Positions 13,131 through 26,124 of a stretch of DNA of 64,000 bases are shown piece after piece (the stretch's first letter is position 1; each line of letters begins with the position of its first letter). The notes under the pieces were generated by a model. It was given only the letters and a program-made list of their open reading frames with translations, was not told where the DNA came from and made no database searches. This DNA comes from Octopus sinensis (Eukaryota), in assembly GCF_006345805.1 (NCBI RefSeq), contig NC_043011.1, forward strand, positions 15,140,464-15,204,463, in the 5' to 3' direction. Position numbers and translations under genes: made by a program.

Positions 13131-13349
13131 TGTTTACTAACTGATATTTATGTCTCACCAGAGAGTGTATTTTCTGTTGAACTTGCAATCACGGAAGAGT
13201 ATACTATGATGAAATGTGAGTGAGTGTATGTATGCTGGGACGTACAAGTACATGAGTGTCTGTCTGTGCATGTATGCATATGTATGCGTATGTATTCATA
13301 TACATAGGTATTTATGCCTGGACATGTACGTGTGCGCGGGTGTATATAC

Positions 13350-13394
<45 letters not shown>

Positions 13395-13408
13395 CGTGTA
13401 TGTATGTG

Positions 13409-13439
<31 letters not shown>

Positions 13440-13566
13440 ATATATATATATGTATATGTATATATGCGTGCGTGTGTGTATGTCTGAATGTATGAGTACA
13501 TATGTGCGTGTTTGTACTGGTCTAGGCATGTGCTTGTATATATGTATATATATATATATATATATT

Positions 13567-13612
<46 letters not shown>

Positions 13613-14032
13613 CATACAGATGAATGTAATTATGCGTGCATAAACGTGCGTGTATACTTGCATATATGCAAATTTTCTCATTTACAACTTATATATTTAC
13701 TTTATATCCTTACCTAATTTATATTGTAATTTTCTCCATTATCTCTATTTAATTCATTTATTACTCTAGTTCTATTTACCTACTCTGTCTTACCTCCAAC
13801 CAACCTGTGAACCACTCGCTCGAACACATAAAAATACAAATCACAAATAGTACCATTCAGTCTGCTATAAATAATCATAAACAAACATGAAGCATCTAAA
13901 GCTATATTTTCAGCCCTCTGAATATATCATGCTCAGAAATAGGTACTTAATATTCAATTCATTGAGTATAATTGAAACAAGTGTAAGGGATAATGATCGA
14001 TTTTTTGTTGATAATAAACTCTTATTAACTTC

Positions 14033-14033
14033 A

Positions 14034-14064
<31 letters not shown>

Positions 14065-14152
14065 TTCTTCTTCTTCTTCTTCTTCTCTTCTTCTTCTTCT
14101 CTTCTTCTTCTTCTCTTCTTCTTCTTTTTCTTCTTCTTCTTCTCCTCTTCTC

Positions 14153-14210
<58 letters not shown>

Positions 14211-14447
14211 CTAAATGGGAAATTATAAGTCATTCCAGAGCTTATAATAATTCAGATAAAAAATATCACTTTTGTACAGAAGAGTTTTTCCAAATACTAA
14301 AATATAAACACAAATTAATTAATTCTAGAAAAGAATGTGACAACTAGTCATTACTCTAAATATGTTTTTAGTAAGTTTAATCAATAAAGATAACATAATT
14401 GAATAATGAAATAAGTCTAAATTAGTTTATAAACCTAATATTAAATA

Positions 14448-14482
<35 letters not shown>

Positions 14483-14497
14483 TAATAATAATAATAA

Positions 14498-14528
<31 letters not shown>

Positions 14529-14550
14529 AAGAAGAAGAAGAAGAAGAATA
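14033..14550. repeat. (CAT)n, (CTT)n, (TA)n, (AAT)n, (GAA)n microsatellites
   Basis: Directly visible. Confidence 0.9.
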
Positions 14551-15973
14551 TAATATATCTAATATAATGCTCAAGGGTCCTTTTAATAATAATATTAAGT
14601 GTTAATGGTTGTAAATTAATTTCCTAATATGATACATCTAATTTCAGATTGTAATACAATATCTATTGATAAGACTAATTTTGATGATATACTAATCTTG
14701 TATGCCTGTAAAATAAGCACGTATTTGTGTGTATGTGTATGTGTGTGTGTAATACGAATTAATAATTATAATGAATTATTATTATTAGATTAATTTGAAT
14801 ATCGATATAAATATAAATATACTTATTTAGTATTAGATGTACTGAATTCCGTTTGATGTTTATTTTTATTTTTACTTTCATTTTTATTTTGGACCAATTA
14901 TAGAAACACAAAAAAATATACTAAATCATGTTACTGTTTTATATTATAATAAATCATATAAGTGGTTTTTGGGTCTCTAACATACATTATCATTCTCTAT
15001 AGTTTTTATATGTCGATGTATATAAATATATGCACATATAAATATATGAATAAACTGATTTGATTCGACAAGCTTTTACTAACATTCATGCCCACTCATA
15101 AATTAACATAAACAGTAAGCGTCCATATACACTCACACACATAATCACACAGAAACTCAAACAGACATTAGACATTCATATTTATTAAGTTTTTGTTTTT
15201 ATATCCTTATCTTTATTTTTTATCTTTTATTTTTATATGCGCACACACACACTCACATGTGATTTTGAATAAACCATAGACATCCATATGTATAAAGTTT
15301 CTATTTTTATTTCATATCCTTATTTTATATTGCTTTTTTTCATTATATATGTATATATGAATATTTTTAATATAATTTTTAGATATTGTTTTTATATATT
15401 TTCATAATTATTACTTTATTACTTTTATTTTATTTTCATTTTTATTTTTTATCTTTATTTTCATTTTTAATCATCTTTATTGTAATCATTTGTTTTTATG
15501 TACTTTAATTTATTATTAAATTTAAATCATTACATGATTGGTATATTTAAATGAACTATTAACGCGCGCGAACACACACACGCACGCACACACGCACGAA
15601 CACACGCACACACACACACATACACACACACACTGCTTTCCTCTATCTGTTGGAGTACCTCAACTGATTCACATGTAAAGTCGGTAATGTCCTTTTTGCC
15701 CCGAAGATATTTCATTCATAATCTTAAAAAATGCAAAATTATTTTATTCTATATATTTTGTTAATTGTATTCAGTGTAAATTGAAACGGTTGTAGGCAAT
15801 GTTAATTAATCAAAAATTAATTTGTATCGATTATACCCCTCCATTTTCTTACTTAATAATATTTATTTCTATAATATATTTATTTAAAAATTATATCTTC
15901 AATGTATATATTAAACCAGTGTATCTTGGATAAAACTATCCTTACAAGAGATTTCTATATCCTTATAATGACT

Positions 15974-16007
<34 letters not shown>

Positions 16008-16460
16008 GTAAATAAGTTCAGCAACATTTAGATTCAAATTAATATGGTACTTAAGTTAGATGCACCAGAATTTTGTATGGTGTTTTCCATATAAATCCAT
16101 AGGGTGATTATAATCAAAATACGCAACAAGAATAACTTCGGTAATTTGGTACGATCATTCTTCCCAAACCTTCTAGCAGTTCAAAACAACTGAATATTCT
16201 GAATATTCTTCAGTCAGTTGATAAACTCCACTGCCTTTAATGTTCTTAAAATTTAAATCCACATCTTTGTTTATATATCTACCTTCTCCATAATGTTATC
16301 AATTGATATGAAAATTATGTATTAATGAAAACCCTCTATTAATGGCTGATGATTGCTCAACATTTTAAAACTGTTGTAATACTTACAACATTTAATAAAA
16401 TGATGTAGCGTGAAACGAACGTACCAAATTAACGAGGTTATTCGTGTTGCTTATTTTGAG
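16008..16460 (+). mobile_element. PLE-type foldback mini-element in (TA)n
   Basis: ~50-bp inverted arms at 16112-16160 and 16412-16460; hammerhead motif inside; (TA)n both flanks. Confidence 0.65.
16341..16430 (+). ncRNA. Type I hammerhead ribozyme motif with extended stem II
   Basis: AATGG-CTGATGA(16346)-TTGCT..long stem incl. TGTTGTAA/TTACAACA..AGCGT-GAAAC(16412)-GAAC-GTA-CCAAATT. Confidence 0.6.
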
Positions 16461-16503
<43 letters not shown>

Positions 16504-16690
16504 TTGTACTCCCAACATCGCCTTACTACCGGTGCTGGTGTGATTACGTCACCGTAACTTAGCGGTTAGGCAAAAGAAACCGATAGAATAAGTACTAGGC
16601 TTATAATGAATAAGTCCTGTGGCCGATTTGCTCGACTAAATGCGGTGCTCCAGCATGGCCGCAGTCAAATGGCTGTAACGAAAAAAAAAT
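16504..16690 (+). mobile_element. 3' module of SINE family B
   Basis: Matches 33070-33258 (CCAACATCGC..GGTGCTCCAGCATGGCCGCAGTCAAATG). Confidence 0.8.
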
Positions 16691-16855
16691 ACTCGCACAC
16701 ACACACATACACACGTGCACACACAAATATACATACATACATATATATATACCCGCACACACATGTGTATGTACGTAAGTACATACATACCCACATACAA
16801 ACATACAAAATCAACAGATAAAACCTTGGGTTTTAGTTTATAAACATAGATACAT

Positions 16856-17810
16856 GTAGTAGTAGTAGTAGTAGGCATCCGTCGGTTTCAACAGATCATG
16901 GATCTGCGGAGGAAGAAATTGTCTACTGTGATCGTAGAAGCCCACATGGGTGTGGCAGTTACACATACAGCGACTGCACTTGAAGGAGCTCTCTATCGGC
17001 ACTACGGGCTTTTCCTTTCGTCGAGTACGCTTGTCTTTGGTAGCAAGTTTCTGTTTCTCTTTACCTTGCTTCATCCCCTTATGCAGTATTTGTCTCCAGC
17101 GAGGGCGATCATTTGCGACCTCCTCTCATCTCAGGGCGTCCAGATCTACTGACATCATATCTATTTTGCAGATGTCCTTGAAACGGAGATCGTCCTCTTG
17201 CTCTTGTGCCGTTGGCCAATTCCCCATAAGAGGTGTTTTGGGATCCATGAGATGTACATGACCGAGTCAGCGCAGACGGCGCTGCTGGAGCTTGTATATA
17301 CTGGGTATCTTGGTGCGGTTACGGACTCCGGTGTTGTTGATGCGGTTGGTACACTTGTGGAGGCACATGGCCTAGTGGTTAGAGCAGCGGACTCGCGGTC
17401 GAGGGATCGCGGGTTCGAATCTCAGACCGGGCGATATGTATGTTTACGAGCGAAACACCTAAGCTCCACGCGGCTCCGGCAGAAGGTAATGGCGAAACTT
17501 CTGCTGACTCTTTCGCCACAACTTTCTCTCATTCTTTCCTCCTGCATCTTGCAGCTCGCCTGCGATGGACCGGCATCCCGTCCAGGTGGGACACCTATAC
17601 GCCAAAAACCGGGAAACCGGCCCTTATGAGCCAGGCATGGCTCGAGAAGGAACAACCATTGGTCCACTTCATATCCAAAATGCGTTTCGAATTACGAAGG
17701 TGGAAGACGTTGAGACGCCGCTCCTGTCTGCAGTAGAAGCTCCATGTCTCACGGCCATAAAGTAGTGTAAACAACAATCTTTATGTTTGCGGACTGTTTA
17801 TTTTCCCAGA
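16856..17810 (-). mobile_element. 5'-truncated RTE-clade LINE (thumb, C-terminal zinc finger, (ACT)n tail), interrupted by SINE C
   Basis: LLYGRETWSFYCRQERRLNVFHLR..; RFKDICK..DRPRWRQ..FKCSRCMCNCHTHVGFYDHSR; 3' end CCATGATCTGTTGAAACCGACGGATGCC(TAC)n. Confidence 0.85.
17357..17658 (+). mobile_element. SINE family C (tRNA-derived; resembles octopus OR-type SINEs)
   Basis: TGGCCTAGTGG (A box), GGTTCGAATCTC (B box); TSD TTGGTACACTT/TTGGTCCACTT; second copy at 41052-41327. Confidence 0.9.
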
Positions 17811-18419
17811 CTCTCTTACATATACATGTAAACACGTGAAACGAGATTATCTATCCACCCTAATGAACGAGGCTGTGGAATTTACCAATGTTTGTTTGCT
17901 TCAATTAACGGCTGCAAATCTTTAATCAATTATATTTGCTAAAATTAATCGAGTGACTCCGAGCAATCAGAGATAGGTGCCGGCTTTGTGATGCCTGCTT
18001 CCCTTTAATTCTTGTATGAAATATGAGTAAGTTTGGTCAATAAAACATATATATTTATACTTGATTCTTCAAGTGTAAATCGGAGTGTAAGTTCAAATCA
18101 TTTGAGCGCTACTAAATGTTTTCTATAGTGAGTTGTTTTCTGCTTCGTATATTGACTATAATTGTATATGTCTGTCTGTTTGTTTATCTGCATGTATGAC
18201 TGTATGTTTGTAAAGCACATTTGGTAAGTCGTTAAAAGAAAGACTCCACTATAGTACTCAACAAATTAAGTTTAAAAGCAGTACATCCTAATATGTAGGC
18301 TAACTGAATATAACTCAGACTTTGTATGTGTCTGAGTGTGTGTATTCAAGTACGCATTTGTGCTTATTTGTGTTTATGCACGTTATTTTCTCTTTCTATC
18401 ATATTTAAATAAAAATTCA

Positions 18420-18960
18420 GATTCTAAATATCTACATAAAACATATAAATCACTTGGAAGTTATACATTTATGTGAAAATTCATATAAATACCATATAAT
18501 ATACGATAGGAATACTGTCAATGCAGTTGCCTCCAAATATAGGTTCATAAAAAATCAAAACGAATAATACACCTCCAACAATGATGCAATTGTAGATCTC
18601 TCGAAAAATGTCCACTAGACAACAAATGTCTTGGGAAGGAACTGGTCTATAATGCATACATACTTATTTATAACACTTAAAAGAACGTATCTGTGTCACA
18701 GAGAATACATTCGCGAAAACCACACATGGAGTATACAGAGTCATTCAGAAACAGAAGCAAGCTAATGTTATGTATATTTCCTAAAAGTTAGCGGACCGGT
18801 CATCTAACCATAAATTGAACTATCGTCCAAAAAACTAATAAGTATTATGTTCGAGAAAGCACATACAAACTCTGCTTAGCAGAACAATAATATAAACTTG
18901 TCCATATATACAACGATTTAAACTATAAAACTCCAAACGTATCCCAATACCCTTAGAACA
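18420..18960 (+). mobile_element. Highly degenerate PLE GIY-YIG remnant
   Basis: CNCRSLEKCPLDNKCLGKELVYNA at ~18583-18655. Confidence 0.6.
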
Positions 18961-19066
18961 ACAAATTGAAACTCAGCTAACCCAGAACTTTCCCACCTAC
19001 CACGCTTTCTTTTCTCTCCCTCCGAATCCACCATGGCAGCACAACAGCAAAACAAGCGCTCCATTA

Positions 19067-19302
19067 TACCTATTTCTTTACTACCCACAAGGGGCTAAAC
19101 ACAGAGGGGACAAACAAGGACAGACAAACGGATTAAGTCGATTACATCGACCCCACTGCGTAACTGGTACTTATTTAATCGACCCCGAAGGATGAAAGGC
19201 AAAGTCGACCTCGGCGGAATTTGAACTCAGAACGTAGCGGCAGACGAAATACTGCTAAGCATTTCGCTCGGCGTGCTAGCGTTTCTGCCAGCTCGCTGCC
19301 TT
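19067..19302 (-). mobile_element. SINE family A, full length
   Basis: Highly similar to 6529-6762; flanking direct repeat TTATACC. Confidence 0.92.
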
Positions 19303-19896
19303 TATACCATTCATCTCTCCATTATACCATTCATCGAAATATTCATTCAAAGCACTAACCGGCAATAAAAAATTAAAAATTAAAAAGAATAACTGAACGT
19401 GAGATTTATTTATAAACCGTCCCGCCATCTGCAAAAGATAGTTGTTATGCTACAGCAACTGCCATATAATTTAGAATACAACTGCTGAGCAATCCTTAAT
19501 AAAAAACCTGTGGCTTTCTCACTATTTTAACTGAATTAGCGTAATGGGACATACTGTTCATGTTTTGTGCATCAATTTCAGTCATATTTACAGAGTTACA
19601 TAAAACTATTTTGGTGCGATCTACATCCTCTCTATTTTCAAGTTGATACAACCTCGGTGGGTCAATGAAAATTGCGTTTGTACCCCTCCATATGTCTTTA
19701 TTTCTATTTTACATTTATACTTTATATATCGTACTATGCACAACTTGGTAACTTCTGCTTATAACTGTTACAAAATGTTACTTGCCAAATAAGTTTTGTG
19801 TCGTTACTTGTAGTACTAATTCACAGTAGTACTAATCCGGAGATAATATATTGTGTGGATGTGATGTGGTTAAAAACAGTATATATATGTATAAAT

Positions 19897-20210
19897 GTGA
19901 AGGCGCAATGGCCCAGTAGTTAGGGCAGCGAACTCGCGGTTGTAGGATCGCGGTTTCGAATCCCAGACCGGGCGTTGTGAGTGTTTATTGAGCGAAAACA
20001 CCTAAAGCTCTACGCGGCTCCAGCAGGGGGTGGTGGCGATCCCTGCTGTACTCTTTCGCCACAACTCTCTCTCGCTCTTTCTTCTGTTGGCGTGCTCGCT
20101 TAGCCAGCGGGGTGGCGTCATTTGAAGGCTAAAACATTGCGAAGCGCATTGTGACCAGCGATGTGTAGCAACATCTAATAGCCTGATCGGTTACGGTGAT
20201 CACGGTGATA
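19897..20210 (+). mobile_element. SINE family D (head and body shared with family C, different tail)
   Basis: GGCGCAATGGCCCAGTAGTTAGG..GGTTTCGAATCCC..CTCTTTCGCCACAACT shared with C; 3' part unrelated, ending (CACGGTGAT)2-like. Confidence 0.85.
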
Positions 20211-21212
20211 TGTATAAATAACGGCTGCAGATAGATATTGAGCAGTATAGTCCCGAAAATAGGATGGATTTTTTTTACGAGCAATAGCTCATAGCCTTCC
20301 TCATTATTTAAGCTTTTAGTAACATTTTTATGTTTTACTGTACTTTGTATTTTCTCTTTATTCAACGTTATATATTTATTATAATATCGGGATTGATATT
20401 GACCGACAATCTAACTACTGGGGGCTAAGCTACCGGACATATATGCATACATATACATAATATTACACACACACACGCACGCACACACACACACATACAC
20501 ACACACAAAGGCACACACGCACACACACTATTATGCGTGGGAGATGAAAATCGTCTCAGCAGCGGTTAGCGAGAGCATTCAATGCACCTCGGTCACTTAT
20601 TGGATATTGCATTTATTCACATTCTTCTTGTGGTAACAGCAATACCCAACTTACTATGTGTATAGTGCCAATATGGCACATGTGTATGTTTGTGTATTTA
20701 TGAACATACGTACTCCAATACATATTCACAGAAAGAATACCAATTACACATTGTGAACCTGCACGATGTTGTATTTAACATTTTTATAGTACATGTCTGC
20801 ATATATTATAAATAGTATTTTTTAACGTATATGTGAGCATATCAATGTCGCCACCATTATGCAAAGCATGCAACGCAAGGAAAACATTATTACAATCCTT
20901 AAATAATTATATCCATTTGTGGATTTGATTAGCCCTTGTCTTTGAGCTATTTGGTCTAACAAATATGGTTGCTATGTGAGGATTATTCTATCTGCCCTTC
21001 AATAATTGCCAAAAATTGGTATGGGTCAGCCTGATTCACTGGGAAACGATGGTACCGTATTACCAACAATTACTCTATTAAAAGTGATTATTCACTCAGC
21101 AATGCGGTTGATTACTGACTTTTTATTCATGTGTGTGTGTGTATGTGTGTGTATGTATGTATACATGTATGTATGTATGTATGTATGTATGTATGTATGT
21201 ATGTATGTATAT

Positions 21213-21269
<57 letters not shown>

Positions 21270-21940
21270 ATATATATATATATGTGGCCGTGTGTCTGCG
21301 TGCACTTATGGGTTTGTATATGTACGCGTACATACACGCATATCTATGAACATCTGTACATACGTGTTTACACACACACTCACATACATATACATATATT
21401 GTTATTCTCATATACACGTGTATGTATATTTATGTATATTTATGCGCATTTGTAAACAGTTTCCCTCTAAACCATATTCATTTACAGTTACACTTTTATC
21501 TTTTCATTTATTGCTATTACTTTTATTTTATATTTTTCTTGTCTGTTCTTAACTTCATATATACTGACCATCCTAATTTCTTTTACATCAATAGACAATA
21601 ATAGCCGGCCATTTAGGCATTTGTTTACTGAACGAAATCTAATATCTATTCCTCTAAATTAGCCTTTCTTGAAAATTTCAATTAAGTTCTCATATATTCC
21701 TATCCAATTATTAAGACGTAGTATTGTCCATATATATACATATATAAATTTGCTAAGACTGCATTCTAATAAGAAATACAATTCCAATATTCAACTACTT
21801 ACCAAGGAATTTTTACACCATTCTACATTCCTCCCATTTATCTAAAATTAGGTTTACAATTACATTTAACACATTTTCATAATCTTATACATGACACATC
21901 GTTTCTCTTCATGATCAACCATACATACATACATACATAC

Positions 21941-22512
21941 ATGGTGGCTGCCCCCTCGTTATCGAGTATGGCCATTGCACGAAGCTTAATCAATGTTGTT
22001 ATCGTGCAATGCCTGTGCAAGAAGATTTTTTATAAAGTGAGGAAAGGCTATGCACTGAGTCAATCCCACTCACTAAGCAACAGCAGCCATAATCCGAAAA
22101 GAAGAACAAGTCAACATCATCGGTAACCACTGAGCCGCAGGCTTTATGTCGGAGTTATCCCAGTTACCTGAGTTACCTTCTCCTAGAAGGATGCCCTAAC
22201 AAAGGCTAGGAGTCCTTCACTCTCAATGGTTTAACTGCGCGATCGGGTATTCAGTCCGATTATTTCTATGTCCCCACGCATGATACAGTCTTAAGCCTTA
22301 AGAGAAAAACAAAATACACATTTATCGGATGGCCGTTGACTCTCAAGAGTTCCTCCGCCCTTTGACGGGTTTTGTTTTTCATCCCGCAGGGTGTCCAATA
22401 ACCACCCTCCTCACGAAGCAAGCTTGGTGGGGTTGCCGGTTTAGTCGCCAACGGCCCGACCATGCAACAGGTTGTACTGGGTTACATGTTGCCAGTAGCA
22501 CTCGAAAGTGAC
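21941..22512 (-). mobile_element. Non-autonomous bipartite RTE derivative (5'UTR-like part plus 3' end, (TATG)n tail)
   Basis: 3' ~50 bp nearly identical to the RTE 3' end at 22541-22590; CCTTCTCCTAG..AAGGCT motif typical of RTE 5' regions; no ORF. Confidence 0.65.
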
Positions 22513-22540
22513 CTGACATAAACATACATACATACATACA

Positions 22541-22952
22541 TGATGGCTGTCCCCTCGTTATCGAGTATGGCCATTGCACGAAGCTTAACTGTTATTGGTG
22601 CTGTGGTCAAATGTGACATTTTAGCCCAGCTAAAGATCTACAATGTCTTGTACAGAATTGGCAGCTAAAACCTTTACCGGTAATAGCCGGCTGTAGTTGT
22701 AACTGGGCTTGTCGTTTAAGTCCTGCCGAATTACACTCTCTTCCACATGCGTGACAGATATGATGCCTGGAGATGGTCATCTTACAGAATCTTGTGGAAA
22801 ATATACATTCTTTTGGAAAGGGAGGAATGAAGAGTTTAGAGGGGCATTTGCTGTTAAGACTACTCTTGAGGACAAGTTGGAAGAATTCCCAGTCGGAATT
22901 AAGGAGCGTCTTATGTCCATGAGAATTCCTTTGGTTAAAGGAAATTATGTGA
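22541..22952. mobile_element. Rearranged RTE fragment: 3' zinc fingers on minus, APE endonuclease piece on plus
   Basis: Minus strand: CHACGRECNS..CQFCTRHCRSLAGLKCH plus 3' tail. Plus strand 22763-22952: GDGHLTESCGKYTFFWKG..AFAVK..GIKERLMSMRIPL. Confidence 0.75.
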
Positions 22953-23010
22953 CATACATACATACATACATACATACATACATACATACATGCATACATA
23001 CGTACATACA

Positions 23011-23041
<31 letters not shown>

Positions 23042-23079
23042 GCATGGATGGATACATGCATGCGTGCATGATGTATGTA

Positions 23080-23284
23080 CGGGGGTGCTGAATAGTTCCT
23101 GGCTTTAGGGGTATCGCGAAAACCTGGTTGGAGGCACAACTTTCCGAGTTCTTTTACAATGTTTAAAAAACTGAAGAACCGCTGCAATAAGTATGTGAAT
23201 ATGAAAGGGGAATAAAATCAATAATTAACTGATCCTCCTGTATTTTCTTTTATCCAAAACCAGGAGCTTGCCAGCAACCCCTCG
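23080..23284. mobile_element. mariner-derived MITE
   Basis: Imperfect TIRs CGGGGGTGCTGAATAGTTCCTGGCTT / AAACCAGGAGCTTGCCAGCAACCCCTCG; TA on both sides. Confidence 0.75.
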
Positions 23285-23429
23285 TATGTATGAGATTTCT
23301 TCGAGTTTTATTTAAGTTCTTCTTAGGAAAGTTTAAGTCGGTCGCTAATAAAGCGACAAAACTTTTTCTTAGTTAAGAAAGTTCCTGGCATTTGTGAATA
23401 TGTGGTTGAGTTGATGTGTTGTTAGAGTT

Positions 23430-24135
23430 GTTGATGCATATATAAGATGAGTCTAACATGGAGAATTTTGGGAATAACTTACAGATCTTCATTGTACCGC
23501 TAATAGATTGGATTTTGAGAATCCACACGCGTTTATTTTGTTCTTTCTCCGTGTATTTCTAGGGTTTTGTGTAAATTTGTTGGTACATAGCCTAATGTAC
23601 CTATGATGAAAAGCACAAATGAGAATTCATAGTCAGAGTACAAGAGCTGGAAGTTCCTCATTAATTCGTCATAAATGTTCTCTTTTCCCTGGACTTTCGA
23701 TTGGGCAGCTGACCTCTACAACAGTCCATGACTTTAGTTCCGCGTCCCACAGAACAATCTCAGGTTTGTTATATTTGCACCGAGTCGATGTTTTATTCGT
23801 GTGTTCTACCAGTATTACTTGTTCTTAAAAGAATGAATACATGCTGGTTCTGACGTGTTTTTGATGTATACACCAGAGCAGTCTTCCCACGGATAGTATT
23901 GTAAATAGTCTTTGCAACTCTATCACGCTTCGTAGACAATTTGGGTGATATCATCCGCACTAGTATAGCAGAGCCGACATTTTTCTTTATCACAAAGTGG
24001 AGGTTTGCTGATATCTTTGTATCTCTTGTTTATCAGGTATTTAGCATCTATTTCCTGTTCCTGGATAACGAAGGCATACCCTTCTAAGTGGGATGTAATG
24101 TATCCATCGCAGGCCCAGGAGAAGCTACTCTTCCT
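23430..24135 (-). mobile_element. Third, longer copy of the RLE-LINE family (CCHC plus RLE)
   Basis: ITSHLEGYAFVIQEQEIDAKYL..CDKEKCRLCYTSADDITQI..; RCKYNKPEIVLWD..; SGTMKICK. Confidence 0.75.
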
Positions 24136-24638
24136 GTCAATTCTGTTGTTGCTCTGTAACTGCCTACCGTCCAAGCTTCTGTCTGTCTGTCTGTATGTAT
24201 GTATGTATGTATGTGTGTATGTGTGTATGTGTGTATGTGTGTGTGTATGTATGTGTGTATGTGTGTGTGTGTGTATGAGTGTGTGTGTGTGTGGTGTGTG
24301 TGTGTGTGAGTGTGTGTGTGTGTGCGCGTGTTTGTATGCGCAAACACTGAATGAGTTGCTTCCTATCAAGGAAACAAAGCTTCATCTTTGCAAATTGGAT
24401 AACAAAAACGATAGAAGCTACACATCCAAGTTGAAAATACAAATTTTACACAATTCTACTGTTCTGGTTAGAGACTATTTGTAATATGCGTATTATTTGG
24501 GCCCATTTACACACGTTCTTCACCTTAAATACCACAACTTGTTGTTCCGATATATACTGGGAGTGAAACAGATGCAAATTTTAAAGTTGGAAGTTATAAA
24601 TATTCTCCTTTAAACTGATTTTGAAAGAAATGCTCACT

Positions 24639-25992
24639 TCTATGTCTCTCTAGAAAAAGAAAAAAAAAATTGGGTTCCAATGCCCCACTACAATTTTCCC
24701 TTGTTCCTTAGTGGGGCATATGCCACCCATTGGGAATAACTTTTTAATATCTTTAGAGTGGATTTACAGCCATTCCAAATTTTGCTACCAGTAGTGGCAT
24801 TGTGTTAGTGCATAGTGGGATATTGTTCATTAAGGGGAATGCATTGACTGTCATATCATGTTCAAGTCTTGTATAATTTTCATTCTCACTCTATCTGTTC
24901 TCAGTAAACTTGTGCAGTTAAGTTCTGTTACAGCAGAGAATTTGCTCTTTGGTCTCAATTAACTGTATCAGGCTTCTTTCGTTTTTCCTTGGAAAATAAA
25001 TGAAAGTCTTGGTGAGATTGTTACACTAATGTTCTTTTTGCTGATATGTATGTATTCAATAACAGAGCCTATGTTTACCCAGAGCAGCCTTTCGTATGCC
25101 TGGCAATCAGTATCGTTGTAAGTAACATGATTATGCCCAAATGAGCTCTAATAACATATTTTGCGGCATTTTCTAGTCAGATATCCGACAGTGAAAGATA
25201 TTATGCAGAGAATGTTGCACTCTACTTTTAAGCACTTGATTGATGCATTCGTTTTTTCTTTTCTTGTTTAGCAAATATTATCTGAAGATGCGATATGACA
25301 CTCAAAATTTGCCTGCACTGATCTATAGCCTATTCACTTTTTTCTTCTGGCATAGAATTTGTTAATATCATCACTTCTGTGGAAGTATGCGTCAGATTGA
25401 GAATCATATAGGTTTTAATATAATGTTTCCTAAGTTATTTCCCCCAGGCCCCACCATAAATTTCCAGAAAAATATATGCCCCACGCATGGTAGGAAAAGA
25501 CAACTTTATCTTTGCTATTTCATAATTATATATTTTTCTTAAAGAAATATCCACACTAAGGCATTAAAATAGCGCTATACTGTAGCAAACAGTCTTCACA
25601 CAGTGTGTTTCGCTCGAGAGATTCGTTTGGTTCGAGAAATCTGTTTGGCTAGGCCGAGTATAGGTGTAGTATGTTCGGTGTTAAAAAGAAATTTTTCACG
25701 ATTCTGTGTCTCTCTAAAAAAAAAAAAAGATTTTGGATCCAACGCCCCACTACAATTTTCCCTTGTTCCATAGGTGGGGCATATGCCACCCGTTAGGAAT
25801 CACTGTTTAATATCTTTAGAGTGGATTTACTATGTAAAACAGTCAGTAATTCCAGATTTTGCTACCAGTAGTGGCATTGTGTAAGTGCATTGTGGGATAT
25901 TGTTCTGTAAGGGAAACGTAGTGACTCTCATATCATTTTCAAGTCTTGTATAATTTTCATTCTCACCCTATCTGTTCTCAGTAAATTTGTGA
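24639..25992 (+). repeat. Direct repeat pair (~280 bp; 24639-24914 and 25703-25992)
   Basis: Shared GCCCCACTACAATTTTCCCTTGTTCC..GGGGCATATGCCACCC..TTGCTACCAGTAGTGGCATTGTG..TATCTGTTCTCAGTAAA. Confidence 0.85.
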
Positions 25993-26124
25993 GATATATT
26001 TCCATCAATAACTACTTATTTGTAGCATTCGTTGTGTGGAACAAATGCAAATAGTTGGGGTTTGGGGACAGCATTACTTCATTCAGCAGTGAAATATGTA
26101 TTTGTGTATGCGAGTACACATATA

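Noticed and set aside
17359-17432. tRNA gene (also 19900-19975 and 41260-41327)
   Set aside because: The tRNA-like head continues into a SINE body, with tail and (for two copies) TSDs; no proper cloverleaf or terminator.
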